DNA from: an uncultured Mucilaginibacter sp.
Lineage (GTDB): Bacteria > Bacteroidota > Bacteroidia > Sphingobacteriales > Sphingobacteriaceae
Direction: 5' to 3'
NCBI GenBank assembly: GCA_903915155.1
Contig: CAIWRU010000018.1
Location: forward strand, 2,344-66,343
DNA: 64,000 nucleotides
Made by a program: the position numbers and the translations under genes. Shown one piece after another: positions 1-9,526 of the stretch (position 1 is its first letter; each line of letters begins with the position of its first letter). Under the pieces are notes generated by a model, which saw only the letters and a program-made list of their open reading frames with translations, did not search any database and was not told the origin of the DNA.

Positions 1-96
1 TTCGCAGCGGGTACCTTCAGGCAGCATGTGGTAAACTTCCATAGCAGTAGAAGGTATTTCGGATATAAGGTTTTTATATTTATGCTGATCGTTCAT
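1..96 (-). CDS. Uma2-family (PD-(D/E)xK) endonuclease, 5' part only; runs off the window edge
   Basis: Hand translation from ATG at 96: MNDQHKYKNLISEIPSTAMEVYHMLPEGTRCE, open to base 1. The TAMEVYxMLPEGT start resembles Bacteroidota Uma2 proteins as I recall them. Confidence 0.55.
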   Translation of the reverse strand, partial: MNDQHKYKNLISEIPSTAMEVYHMLPEGTRCE

Positions 97-185
97 GCTT
101 TATAGCCCTGTTATTACAAATATAACTTATTCGGGATAAAAAAGTTATTGCGATTTTTAAATTATATCGCAAGAAAAACAAGCGG

Positions 186-231
186 GGCACAAGTAGCATT
201 TACCCGCTTGCCTGCCCGACATACTTGCGCC
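186..231. repeat. REP-like imperfect inverted repeat
   Basis: ggcacaagta (186-195) vs tacttgcgcc (222-231), 9/10 complementary. Confidence 0.35.
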
Positions 232-253
232 AGTGTGAGCAGTAATGAATATA

Positions 254-847
254 TTATAATGAAATTCCTTTATAGTTTCTTAAAATAAAGTGATCTTCAG
301 AATTTTCATTTACAACTTTTTTCAGGAGTTCTTTATCAGTACTTAATAAGTCAATATCACTATGGTGGGATATTTTTATAATAAGTGGTAATTCACCATG
401 TGAAATATCTAAATCGTTATATAGCAAACCATCTTGCTTAAATAAAGCAAATGGATATGTAATTAAATCCCTTGAATATTTTACGAGATCCTTAGTAGTT
501 AATATTAAAGCGCCTTTGAATTTATTAGGAATATTATTTTGTTTGAATAATGCTCGTAGAGAAGGCAAAGTATCCTCTTCATAAGGAAACCAATCCATGT
601 CTTTTGTATCATGGTTTACAATCCAGCAAGCACCATTATCCAGTTTTTGTATTATGGTTTTGAACCAGTTTTCATAAGCTTCAAGATACTCCGTTAAACC
701 TATTTCCCTACCTTCATATCCACCGGATAATTGAAATGAAACCCCATACCATTTCGGATATTTATAAAACTCATAACCTAAGTAATCGATATATACCTCT
801 CTATCATAAGGCAATAATGTTTTAATATTTTTCTTAAACTCTACCAT
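254..847 (-). CDS. Hypothetical protein, AT-rich, 197 aa
   Basis: ORF begins 6 nt after the polA stop on the same strand; one 60-nt line (421-480) has 16 G+C; no motif recognised. Confidence 0.7.
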   Translation of the reverse strand: MVEFKKNIKTLLPYDREVYIDYLGYEFYKYPKWYGVSFQLSGGYEGREIGLTEYLEAYENWFKTIIQKLDNGACWIVNHDTKDMDWFPYEEDTLPSLRALFKQNNIPNKFKGALILTTKDLVKYSRDLITYPFALFKQDGLLYNDLDISHGELPLIIKISHHSDIDLLSTDKELLKKVVNENSEDHFILRNYKGISL

Positions 848-853
848 AGATTA

Positions 854-3667
854 TCAATGCGCCTCCAACCAATTCAATCCCGTCCCAATCTCCACCATAA
901 TAGGCACGGTAGTTTTAATGGCGTTTTTCATGTTGAGTAGAATGATGGGTTTTACGGTTTCCACTTCTTCGTTGGGTACGTCAAACACCAACTCATCATG
1001 CACCTGCATGGTCATGCGGGCGTTTAGTTTTTGGGCCACAAATTCGCGGTGGATGTTGATCATGGCTATTTTTATCATGTCGGCAGCCGAACCTTGTATC
1101 GGCGCGTTGATGGCATTTCGCTCGGCGAAGCCGCGTACGGTAGCATTGGCCGAGTTAATGTCGCGCAGGTAGCGGCGGCGGCCCATGAGGGTGGTAACGT
1201 AGCCGTTCTCACGGGCAAAGTTCATGGTATCGCTCATGTAGTTTTTTATGCCGGGGAACTGCGCGAAATAGTTGTCGATAATGTCGGCAGCTTCCTTACG
1301 CGGAATGCCCAGGCTTTGCGACAAACCAAATGCCGACTGCCCGTAAATGATACCGAAGTTCACGGCCTTGGCATTGCGGCGCTGGGTACTGTCCACCTCG
1401 TCCAAGCCTATGCCGTACACATTGGCGGCAGTAGCGGTGTGGATGTCGAGGTTTTTAACGAAGGCCTCCATCATGTTAGCGTCCTTGCTTATTTCGGCTA
1501 TGATACGAAGTTCGATCTGTGAATAATCCGCAGAAACGATAACATGCCCGCTGTCGCGCGGGATAAATGCCTTGCGCACCTCGCGGCCGCGTTCGGTACG
1601 GATAGGGATATTCTGCAGGTTGGGATTGGTGGAGCTTAATCGCCCGGTGGCAGCAACCGCCTGGTTGTAGGAAGTATGCACACGCCCTGTTTTGGCATTC
1701 ACCATTTGCGGCAGCGCATCAACATAGGTTGATTTTAGTTTTTGCAGCTGGCGGTAGTCTAAAATATCGCGCACAATATCGCTCTTTGCGGCTAAAGCCA
1801 ACAGCACATCCTCGCCGGTTTGGTATTGGCCTGTTTTGGTTTTTTTAGCTTTAGGGTCGAGCATTAATTTCTCGAACAATACCTCGCCCAGTTGTTTTGG
1901 CGATGCAATGTTGAAACGTACACCCGCTTTTTCATAAACTATTTTCTCCAGTTTGGCTACGTCGGTTTCCAGCTCTTTTGAGAATTCTTTTAGCGTATCG
2001 TGGTCTATTTTTACGCCTTCGTATTCAATATCGGCTAGAACATAGATCAGCGGGTTCTCAATTTCGTGCAGCAGCTTTTCGGCCTCTACGTCCTTTATTT
2101 TTGGCTCGAAAATTTGTTTTAATTGCAGGGTGATGTCGGCGTCTTCGGCAGCGTATTCTTTTATCTTTTCTATCTCCACATCGCGCATACTGCCCTGGCC
2201 TTTACCCTTGGCACCGATAAGCGCGGTGATGGATACCGGTTTGTAACCCAAATAATTTTCCGACAACACATCCATGCCGTGGCGGGTATCAGGGTCGATG
2301 ACATAATGCGCCATCATGGTATCAAACAAGGGGCCTTTTACTTCAATACCATACCATTTTAGCATCAGTATGTCGAACTTCAGGTTCTGGCCTATTTTAC
2401 CTATCGCGGCATCTTCAAGTACATCCTTAAATTCAGCTACTATTTTGGTGGTTTCGTCCTGGTCAGCAGGCACAGGTATGTACCATGCCTCGTTTGCTTT
2501 TATGGCGAACGACAGGCCTACCAATTCGCAAAAATTAGCGTCGGTGCCGGTTGTTTCGGTATCGAAGCAAAATTCCTTTTGCTTTTTTAGCAGGGCAATC
2601 AGTTCACTACGTTTCTCAAACGTATCAGCCAAATGGTATTCATGCGGTACACTATCGATATTTTTTGATGGTGCCGGTTCGTATGCAGGTTCGCCTATGT
2701 CCTGCACATCTACCGTCATGGTGGTGCGGCCGGTGGCTACCGGGTTGCCAAATAAATCGGTTTGGATGGAAACTGCTTTTAGTTCGGTAACGCTGAAATC
2801 ATCGCCAAACACGCGGCGACCCAATGTGCGGAATTCCAGTTCGGCAAACAGAGGTTCCAATAGTTCCTTACTTGGCGCACACATTTCCAACCCGGCTTCA
2901 TCCAGTTCAACAGGCGAATTCAGATTAATGGTGGCTAACCGTTTCGACATTAGTCCCTGCTCGGCAAATTGCTCCACGTTCTCGCGCATTTTGCCTTTTA
3001 GCTCGTGGCTATGGGCGATGATCTCTTCCACCGAGCCGTATTGTTTAATAAGCGCCTTGGCCGTTTTTTCGCCAATGCCGGGGATACCAGGGATGCCGTC
3101 GACCGCATCACCCCACAGGCCTAAAATATCTATCACCTGTTCAACACGTTCAATTTCCCATTTGTCCAGTACTTCCTTCACGCCCAAGATCTCCATTTCG
3201 TTACCCATGCGGGCAGGCTTGTAAATATGAATATTGGGCGATACCAACTGCGCGAAATCCTTATCGGGGGTCATGCAGTAAACCTGGTAGCCTTTTGCTT
3301 CGGCTTTTTTAGCCAGGGTGCCAATAATGTCATCGGCTTCGTAACCATCAGAAGTTATGAGTGGGATATTGAAACCCAAAACCACCTTAAATATATAGGG
3401 TAACGCTTTGGACAGGTCCTCAGGCATAGCCTCACGGTGGGCTTTGTATTTTTCGTATTCAGTGTGGCGTTCGGTAGGGGCGTCGGTATCAAAAACCACG
3501 GCCATATGGGTGGGTTTTTCCTTCTTCAAAACATCCAACAGCGTATTGGTAAAACCCATTACAGCCGATGTATTTAACCCGCCCGAAGTAAACCGCGGGC
3601 TTTTACTCAAAGCGAAATGCGCCCGGTAAATAAGCGCCATGCCATCCAAAAGAAATAGTTTTTTCAT
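854..3667 (-). CDS. polA: DNA polymerase I
   Basis: 5'-3' exonuclease start (LFLLDGMALIYRAHF), 3'-5' exo DTETT, polymerase motifs ADYSQIELR, RNAKAVNFGIIYG, MQVHDELVF; 937 aa. Confidence 0.99.
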   Translation of the reverse strand: MKKLFLLDGMALIYRAHFALSKSPRFTSGGLNTSAVMGFTNTLLDVLKKEKPTHMAVVFDTDAPTERHTEYEKYKAHREAMPEDLSKALPYIFKVVLGFNIPLITSDGYEADDIIGTLAKKAEAKGYQVYCMTPDKDFAQLVSPNIHIYKPARMGNEMEILGVKEVLDKWEIERVEQVIDILGLWGDAVDGIPGIPGIGEKTAKALIKQYGSVEEIIAHSHELKGKMRENVEQFAEQGLMSKRLATINLNSPVELDEAGLEMCAPSKELLEPLFAELEFRTLGRRVFGDDFSVTELKAVSIQTDLFGNPVATGRTTMTVDVQDIGEPAYEPAPSKNIDSVPHEYHLADTFEKRSELIALLKKQKEFCFDTETTGTDANFCELVGLSFAIKANEAWYIPVPADQDETTKIVAEFKDVLEDAAIGKIGQNLKFDILMLKWYGIEVKGPLFDTMMAHYVIDPDTRHGMDVLSENYLGYKPVSITALIGAKGKGQGSMRDVEIEKIKEYAAEDADITLQLKQIFEPKIKDVEAEKLLHEIENPLIYVLADIEYEGVKIDHDTLKEFSKELETDVAKLEKIVYEKAGVRFNIASPKQLGEVLFEKLMLDPKAKKTKTGQYQTGEDVLLALAAKSDIVRDILDYRQLQKLKSTYVDALPQMVNAKTGRVHTSYNQAVAATGRLSSTNPNLQNIPIRTERGREVRKAFIPRDSGHVIVSADYSQIELRIIAEISKDANMMEAFVKNLDIHTATAANVYGIGLDEVDSTQRRNAKAVNFGIIYGQSAFGLSQSLGIPRKEAADIIDNYFAQFPGIKNYMSDTMNFARENGYVTTLMGRRRYLRDINSANATVRGFAERNAINAPIQGSAADMIKIAMINIHREFVAQKLNARMTMQVHDELVFDVPNEEVETVKPIILLNMKNAIKTTVPIMVEIGTGLNWLEAH

Positions 3668-3672
3668 AATCT

Positions 3673-3853
3673 GATTTCACCGATTTTGATTTGATTTCAC
3701 CGATTTTGGGTGGTCAAATTTTTAACGGGGTGTTTCAAAAATACGATTTATGTTGGTTTGTATTGTAGCTGAAAAAAAATGCCTGTGAAGACACAGGCAT
3801 TGGGGCATGAGGAAAATCAATCGGTGAAGTCATTCGTCCAAATCGGTGAAATC
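3673..3853. repeat. Paired inverted 13-mer repeats in the tag-polA intergenic region
   Basis: gatttcaccgatt at 3673-3685 and 3693-3705; complements aatcggtgaagtc at 3819-3831 and aatcggtgaaatc at 3841-3853. Confidence 0.65.
3772..3801 (-). terminator. Intrinsic terminator after tag
   Basis: aatgcctgtg-aaga-cacaggcatt 10-bp stem; the adjacent A run on + gives a U tail on the minus strand. Confidence 0.75.
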
Positions 3854-4427
3854 ATTTGAAAGAGCAATCAGGCAAATGGTCATTCACCATGCCGGTGGCC
3901 TGCATGTGGGCGTAGCAAATGGTGGTGCCGAAGAATTTGAAACCGCGCTTTTTCATGTCATTGCTGATGGCATCGGATATGGGGGTGCTGGCAGGGGTAA
4001 TACCTGTAGGGTTGTTGATGGGCTTGCCATCGGGCATAAAGCTGTAGAGGTATTTATCGAATGAGCCGAATTCTTTTTGCACATCGATAAACAGTTTGGC
4101 GTTGCTGATGGACGAGGCTATTTTCAGGCGGTTACGGATGATGCCTTCATCGTTTAACAGGCGCTGTACATCTTTATCATCAAAGTCGGCTACTTTTTTT
4201 ACGTCAAAGTCGGCAAATGCTTTCCGATAGTTCTCACGGCGGCGCAGGATGGTTATCCAGCTGAGGCCCGCCTGGGCGGATTCGAGGATGAGGAACTCGA
4301 ATAGTTTTTTATCGTCGTGGGTTACTTTGCCCCATTCTTCATCGTGGTATTTGATGTATAGCGGGTCGGTTCCCGGCCAGGTGCAGCGTTTTAAGTCTTG
4401 AGTCTTAAGCCTTGAGTCTTGAGTCAT
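3852..4427 (-). CDS. tag: DNA-3-methyladenine glycosylase I
   Basis: RCTW...YHDEEWG, LFEFLILESAQAGLSW, IIRNRLKI, C-terminal NDHLPDC zinc ligands. Confidence 0.95.
   Translation of the reverse strand: MTQDSRLKTQDLKRCTWPGTDPLYIKYHDEEWGKVTHDDKKLFEFLILESAQAGLSWITILRRRENYRKAFADFDVKKVADFDDKDVQRLLNDEGIIRNRLKIASSISNAKLFIDVQKEFGSFDKYLYSFMPDGKPINNPTGITPASTPISDAISNDMKKRGFKFFGTTICYAHMQATGMVNDHLPDCSFK
4390..4424 (-). repeat. Five 7-bp tandem units inside the tag 5' end
   Basis: Minus strand ACTCAAG ACTCAAG GCTTAAG ACTCAAG ACTTAAA, translated as TQDSRLKTQDLK. Confidence 0.85.
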
Positions 4428-4790
4428 TTATTTGAATTTATCGGGATTGTTCATCATATAAATAAGTAACCGTGTGATTTCCTCACTTTGCTGGTTTAGT
4501 TCTGCATATTTTTCATTTGAAATATAGTTACATGCTAAGGAGGCATCAAGCCATGCTTGGGTTTCCCCATTTTCCATATCAGCATCGCTAAGTTTACTAA
4601 TCAAATGATTGGGGTATCTTCTCTTTTTATAAGCTTCTGCAACTGATGCTAATACTGATCTTGAAGACCGTCTTATTTGATCCACCAAACTATATGTTTC
4701 TTCTTTGGGAAAATTCTTTGTTAAAAAGAATATTTCCATTGATAATGAAAAAGCTTTCTTATAAACTATCAAATCTCTGAATGAACTCAT
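4428..4790 (-). CDS. Four helix bundle protein (23S rRNA IVS protein / bAvd-like family)
   Basis: SFRDLIVYKKA...FPKEETYSLVDQIRRSSRSV...E..Y signature; 120 aa; AT-rich; stop abuts the tag ATG. Confidence 0.9.
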   Translation of the reverse strand: MSSFRDLIVYKKAFSLSMEIFFLTKNFPKEETYSLVDQIRRSSRSVLASVAEAYKKRRYPNHLISKLSDADMENGETQAWLDASLACNYISNEKYAELNQQSEEITRLLIYMMNNPDKFK

Positions 4791-4800
4791 ACTTTTTGGC

Positions 4801-4828
4801 TTAGGACTAAGTGCTCAAGACTTTGGAC
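4801..4828. repeat. Degenerate 7-bp array upstream of the four helix bundle gene, inverted relative to 4390-4424
   Basis: + strand ttaggac taagtgc tcaagac tttggac. Confidence 0.65.
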
Positions 4829-4888
4829 TAAATTTATAAATCTTTATTGTAAAAATATTTAAATTGCTAAAAATTTTATCAAAGCATT

Positions 4889-5266
4889 ATGGAAAGTTTA
4901 TCGCCAAATATTTTTGTTCGGGACATGAATAAAACTATTGAATTTTATAAACAATTAGGATTTGCAGTAACCATGAGCGTACCTGAAACAGGTAACGAAT
5001 TGGTTTGGGCAATGATGACTAACAGCAGTGTTACCTTTATGTTCCAAACTTTTGACAGCCTGGCCGATGACCTGCCGGAGATAAGCCGACAAGATGGCGG
5101 ATCACTTTTGTTGTACATTAACCTGAAAGGAATAACCGCGTTTTTTGAGTCGGTAAAAGACAAGGTGCAGGTGTTAAAAGGGCCTGAAAAAACTTTTTAC
5201 GGCGCTACCGAGTTTTCTATTTTGGATAACAACAATTATGTGTTGACTTTTGCCGAACATGAGTAG
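4889..5266 (+). CDS. VOC / glyoxalase-bleomycin resistance family protein
   Basis: LSPNIFVRDMNKTIEFYKQLGF and KTFYGATEFSILDNNNYVLTF pattern. Confidence 0.85.
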   Translation: MESLSPNIFVRDMNKTIEFYKQLGFAVTMSVPETGNELVWAMMTNSSVTFMFQTFDSLADDLPEISRQDGGSLLLYINLKGITAFFESVKDKVQVLKGPEKTFYGATEFSILDNNNYVLTFAEHE

Positions 5267-5630
5267 CCCTATTATATTTAAACGTGTTGACCACATCCAC
5301 ATTGCCGTACCATCTGAGAAACTGGAGGAAGCGAAGAATTTCTATACCGATGTAATTGGTTTGGAACTGATCGACCGGCCGAACCACCTTTTTACCACCG
5401 CGGGTTATTGGTTCAATATTGGCAATGTACAATTGCACGTTGGTGTCGAACCGCAAATGCCTGTTTCAACCCGGCATACAGCTTTTGAGGTGGCTGATGT
5501 GGATGCGGCGCTAAATTACCTGAAAGATAAAGTGCAAATACTGGCAGAGCCTGTTATCCCCGGTCGCAGGCGCTTTGCGTTCCTTGATCCGTTTGGTAAC
5601 CGAATAGAATTGCTACAGTTATTGGGCTAA
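5250..5630 (+). CDS. VOC / glyoxalase family protein
   Basis: RVDHIHIAV, FYTDVIGL, QLHVG, HTAFEV, FLDPFGNRIEL metal-binding pattern. Confidence 0.9.
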   Translation: MPNMSSPIIFKRVDHIHIAVPSEKLEEAKNFYTDVIGLELIDRPNHLFTTAGYWFNIGNVQLHVGVEPQMPVSTRHTAFEVADVDAALNYLKDKVQILAEPVIPGRRRFAFLDPFGNRIELLQLLG

Positions 5631-7132
5631 TGCTTCCTCCAATTGCTTTATCAGTTTATTTCTATCCATTGGGTAGCCCGCTTTTGAAAGTTCCCAGGTG
5701 CCGTCCTTTTTAATGATTACATAAGTAGGGTAACCATCTCCTTTAACTTTTGTCATAATGTCCTTGCTTAAATTGCTGTTTGCCAAAATATGGGTACCTT
5801 TCATATCAAAATAAGCAATCAGGTTTTTCCACTCGGCCTCATGATCCAGATCTCTATTGGCAATATAAAGGTAATCCAACCCCTTGCCTTTAAAATAGGC
5901 TTTTATTGCAGGGCCATTATCATGTATCTCATTGCGGCAGGGGCCGCACCAGGTCCCCCACATATCAAGTAATACGGTTTTTCCTTTGGTTAGCGCCAGT
6001 ACGTCATCAAATGTGTTTAGCTTAGTACCATTGTCAGGCACAAAACCATATCGGCCGTAAGTGGCTTTTTTTCCATTTCCCTAATAGTATCTATTGAAGG
6101 TTGGAACCAGCTTATATATTTACTGCCGGGATATTTCAGTTTAAAACCATCAAAAATCGAAACCAAGTTTTTGGGGTTATGCTCGTTCAGTGCAACATCA
6201 AACAAAATAGCATATAAAAACTCTGCAGATTGACCTGTAAAATAATGCTTGATGATCTTTTCCTGAAGTAAATTTTGCACATCATCTTCAAATTCCTTTT
6301 TTCCGGTAGTTACATCGGTATTGTACCACTGTTTAAAAAAAGCTTCGGGGTTTTTATAGCTGTCCATCCAGAGCCTTTCCTTTTCGCGCCCCAAAAAGGT
6401 CCGCAGCAACAGGGTATAATTAAAGGATGTTAAAGCTTCGTCGTTGTTTAATTTAATGGTTGCAAATAAGCTATCCTGTATAGCCTTCCATTTAGGTTCA
6501 TTATGGGCATAAGATTGCTGGATCCCGTATTTGTTATTTTCTTTATATTGATAATATTGATAAACAGCATCATATTTTATATTGATCTCTTCATTTTTAA
6601 TGAAATCAGGCGTGGGTTTATACAAGCCAATGTATTTCTTTAAAGCAACTTTAAGGTCATTCTGATGCTTTTTTGCTAAAACTATGATCCGGTTGGGCAG
6701 GGTGTCGCCCCATAATGACTCCAAATGCTCGTCGGCCAGCAGCGCTAGTAACGGCTGGTTATTATTACTGCCTTTGCCGGTGACCGCTATACCGTTGTCT
6801 TTATTTTTGAGATCGGCCTTAAAGTTAACGTCATTGCCGGGCGAGAGGTATAACATATAAACGATTGTTTTTGCACTATCAGCATCGCTATTGCTGTACA
6901 TTAGGTAAGCGTACTGCGGCTTTGTCAGCTGAAATATATGCGATCCTTTCCCGGCTTTCAACGGTATGTCGAGCGTTCCCTTTTTTAGATAATCGTAAGT
7001 CAAAGCCATATCAGGCATCCAGATATGGCAACTTGTTGAGGTTGAATTTGTTAGCGAAATATTTAGTTTAGCATCTTGTGCAAAAATCACAAGCGGGTAA
7101 AATATTATCAACAATAAAAACAGTTTTTTCAT
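5619..7132 (-). pseudogene. TlpA/ResA-like thioredoxin-domain exported protein, split by a 1-bp frameshift at 6042-6045
   Basis: ORFs 6017-7132 (signal peptide) and 5619-6041 (DMWGTWCGPCR) join as ...TADMVFVPDNG... if one T is added to the T4 run (A4 on +). Confidence 0.8.
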
Positions 7133-7220
7133 ACGGATGGATAAAGTACAGATGTTATTGGTGACAAGTTACTTCTTAAAAATCTCATTATATAATAATT
7201 AACAAGATTTAACAGGGTAG

Positions 7221-7553
7221 TCATAAAGCCAGTTCAACCTCGGGATCCCAAAATACTTGTTTAAAGTTTTGTATTTGGTCGTCTACTACCTTTATGCCTT
7301 CGCTTTCTAAAAGTTCAGCCATTAAGTTACCGCCAAAGTGATGTTTGGCAGTCAAGAGCCCTTGCCTGTTAACTACCCGATGTGCGGGAACGGGTGGCTG
7401 TTCGTTTCCGCAGGCCTGCATGGCATAGCCCACCATGCGCGATGAGCCTTTAGTGCCGAGATAAGAGGCAATGGCGCCGTATGAGGTTACCCGACCTTTG
7501 GGAATGAGCCGGGCCACCTGGTAAACTTTATCGAAAAAATTAATATCATCCAT
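7221..7553 (-). CDS. MGMT-family / alkyltransferase-like (Atl/YbaZ-type) DNA-binding protein
   Basis: VYQVARLIPKGRVTSYGAIA, RMVGYAM, VPAHRVVN (Ala where active alkyltransferases have the PCHR Cys). Confidence 0.9.
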   Translation of the reverse strand: MDDINFFDKVYQVARLIPKGRVTSYGAIASYLGTKGSSRMVGYAMQACGNEQPPVPAHRVVNRQGLLTAKHHFGGNLMAELLESEGIKVVDDQIQNFKQVFWDPEVELAL

Positions 7554-7566
7554 TTGCGCCTGCTTA

Positions 7567-8229
7567 TTACATTTCCCCGTTTGGGAATGAGAATTTAAGG
7601 TAGTTAATATTCTTATTATCCTTTAAATATTTTTTCTCGTAATATGTTTTGATCGATAGTACCTCATCGGCATAAGGCGAGTGGTACAGGTCCTCGGTTT
7701 TTATATGCAGGCCCAGGTTTAGTTCGGCTATTTTTTCGGCGGTGAAGGCGTAAAAATCATCGTTATCGGTTTTTAGGTTTATGTAGCCACCGGGTTTTAA
7801 GAACTGTTTATACATATCCAAAAAGCGGGGCGATGTTAAGCGTTTCTTTTCTCGGCTAAGCTGGGGCTGCGGATCGGGGAAGGTGATCCATATTTCGTCA
7901 ACTTCGCCGGGGGCAAAGTAATCGAGGATATTCTCAATTTGTATGCGTAGAAAAGCCACGTTAGGCACGTTTTCTTCCAGCGCGGTTTTGGCGCCCCGCC
8001 AAATGCGGTTGCCTTTATAATCAATACCAATAAAGTTTTTATCGGGGAACAGTTGCGCCAGGTTTACCGTGTATTCGCCTTTCCCGCAGGCCAGTTCCAG
8101 TACAACGGGATGGCTGTTTTTAAAAAACTCACCGGCCCAGGTACCTTTTAATGGTTTGCCTGCGTCTAATTGAAAAACATTGCTGAAGGTATCTATTTCG
8201 GCAAAACGCCTTAATTTATCTTTTCCCAC
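7567..8229 (-). CDS. trmB: tRNA (guanine-N7)-methyltransferase
   Basis: LELACGKGEY, FIGID, ITFPDP, LKTDN motifs. Confidence 0.95.
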   Translation of the reverse strand: MGKDKLRRFAEIDTFSNVFQLDAGKPLKGTWAGEFFKNSHPVVLELACGKGEYTVNLAQLFPDKNFIGIDYKGNRIWRGAKTALEENVPNVAFLRIQIENILDYFAPGEVDEIWITFPDPQPQLSREKKRLTSPRFLDMYKQFLKPGGYINLKTDNDDFYAFTAEKIAELNLGLHIKTEDLYHSPYADEVLSIKTYYEKKYLKDNKNINYLKFSFPNGEM

Positions 8230-8289
8230 TTTAAAAAATTAAAGCGCAAAAATAATAAAAACAAGATGATATGGGGAGACGCGGATTAA

Positions 8290-8311
8290 GAGACGCAAGG
8301 TATTGCGTCTC
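8290..8311. repeat. REP-like hairpin
   Basis: gagacgcaa-ggta-ttgcgtctc perfect 9-bp stem; extra gagacgc copy at 8276. Confidence 0.6.
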
Positions 8312-8324
8312 GACAGTAGGATTA

Positions 8325-8732
8325 CTATAAACCGTAAGGATATCTTTGATCCACTTTGTCTTTTTTGCTGAACAGGTGCTTTACTTTATCCCAAACACTC
8401 ACCACCGAATCTTCGTTAATATAGCCCGAAGCCTTTTGCGATACAAGGCCAACCAGTGCTTTTATAATAAAGCCCGAATTTTTGAACAATGTTTTGTTAA
8501 GGGTAAGCGGTATAATGAAGCGCGACAGGATGCTTACAAAGTCCTGGTTAAAGATATTGGTTTTGTTTTCGCCGGTGTTATTGGCTTTTGGGAATAAGGA
8601 ATACAAGGTGGTAAGCACCGTTACAGGGCTGCTAAAGCGTGCTTTTAGTGCAACACTTTTCTCCTCCTCCAATTGCCGCAAACGAACAATTTCTTCTTTT
8701 AGCTGCCAGCTGTTAGTAATAGGTTGATCCAT
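8325..8732 (-). CDS. Hypothetical protein
   Basis: 135-aa ORF overlapping the upstream stop by 1 nt; operon context. Confidence 0.75.
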   Translation of the reverse strand: MDQPITNSWQLKEEIVRLRQLEEEKSVALKARFSSPVTVLTTLYSLFPKANNTGENKTNIFNQDFVSILSRFIIPLTLNKTLFKNSGFIIKALVGLVSQKASGYINEDSVVSVWDKVKHLFSKKDKVDQRYPYGL

Positions 8733-9073
8733 TATTTTAATAACTTTTGAATAAGGGCATTAATAATTGGTTTTTCAAGGCGTTTTTTATTTAGCTTAAC
8801 GACAACCGCTATAAGCAAATAAATTAAGGCAACGCAGCCGAAGCCCTCCCAAAGTGAATCAAACTTATATGCCAAATAAAACCCGAGCGTAATACTGGCA
8901 AATATGAAGGCCATTACACTACATAACATTACCACCACATCAGCTATCATGCTGGCGGCGACAGATGTACCCCCTTCAATAGCCCTAAGCTTGGCTAATT
9001 TAAGGCGTATCTCGCCGTACTCTTTTAGCTGATCGAGAATTGGCGGCGGTGTTTCTTTGTTAGGCTCTTCCAT
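8732..9073 (-). CDS. Two-TM 'phage holin family'-type membrane protein (chromosomal, next to YtxH)
   Basis: LKEYGEIRLKLAKL followed by two hydrophobic segments; typical neighbour of YtxH genes. Confidence 0.7.
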   Translation of the reverse strand: MEEPNKETPPPILDQLKEYGEIRLKLAKLRAIEGGTSVAASMIADVVVMLCSVMAFIFASITLGFYLAYKFDSLWEGFGCVALIYLLIAVVVKLNKKRLEKPIINALIQKLLK

Positions 9074-9123
9074 GTATATATTTTATGATCCCGGGCAGTG
9101 TAGCCACCCGGGATAAAGAAAAT

Positions 9124-9390
9124 TTAAGCGTGTTCCAGGTCATCCTGGTACTCTGCTTCAGCACCGTTTATTTTGGTTTTGATGTTGTCGACTATCTTGT
9201 CTTTTAAACCCACCAGGTTATCAATTTCGGCGGCGGCTGTATCTTTTATCGAGTCGCCAAGGTTTTTTAATGATTCGGTAAGCTTATCGCGTGTTTCGCT
9301 GCCTTTTTCGGGCGCGAATAACATACCTAATGCGGCACCTGCAGCCAGCCCGGCAAGCAGTGCAACTACTACTTTTGTGTTATCATTCAT
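9124..9390 (-). CDS. YtxH domain protein
   Basis: LLAGLAAGAALGMLFAPEKGSETR signature; start placed at MNDNTK (9390) rather than 9447. Confidence 0.9.
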   Translation of the reverse strand: MNDNTKVVVALLAGLAAGAALGMLFAPEKGSETRDKLTESLKNLGDSIKDTAAAEIDNLVGLKDKIVDNIKTKINGAEAEYQDDLEHA

Positions 9391-9526
9391 AATACTATAA
9401 TTTTTAAGTTGATGATTTGTTTTAAAAACGGCTAAATATCTTGCCAAGTATCGTTAAACCGACAATCTGGCGGTAAATTTTCACTTGCTAGCCCTGTTAT
9501 TCATCAAATATAATCATTTATCGCTT

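Noticed and set aside
918-3629. Long + strand ORFs inside polA (e.g. 2316-3224, 302 aa)
   Set aside because: Antisense shadows of a strongly supported gene, with no recognisable motifs; the same applies to most overlapping short ORFs in the track.
4428-4790. Diversity-generating retroelement, suggested by the bAvd-like fold
   Set aside because: No reverse transcriptase and no template/variable repeat pair in the window.
8732-9073. Prophage, suggested by the holin-family label
   Set aside because: No other phage genes; the context is the common YtxH cluster.
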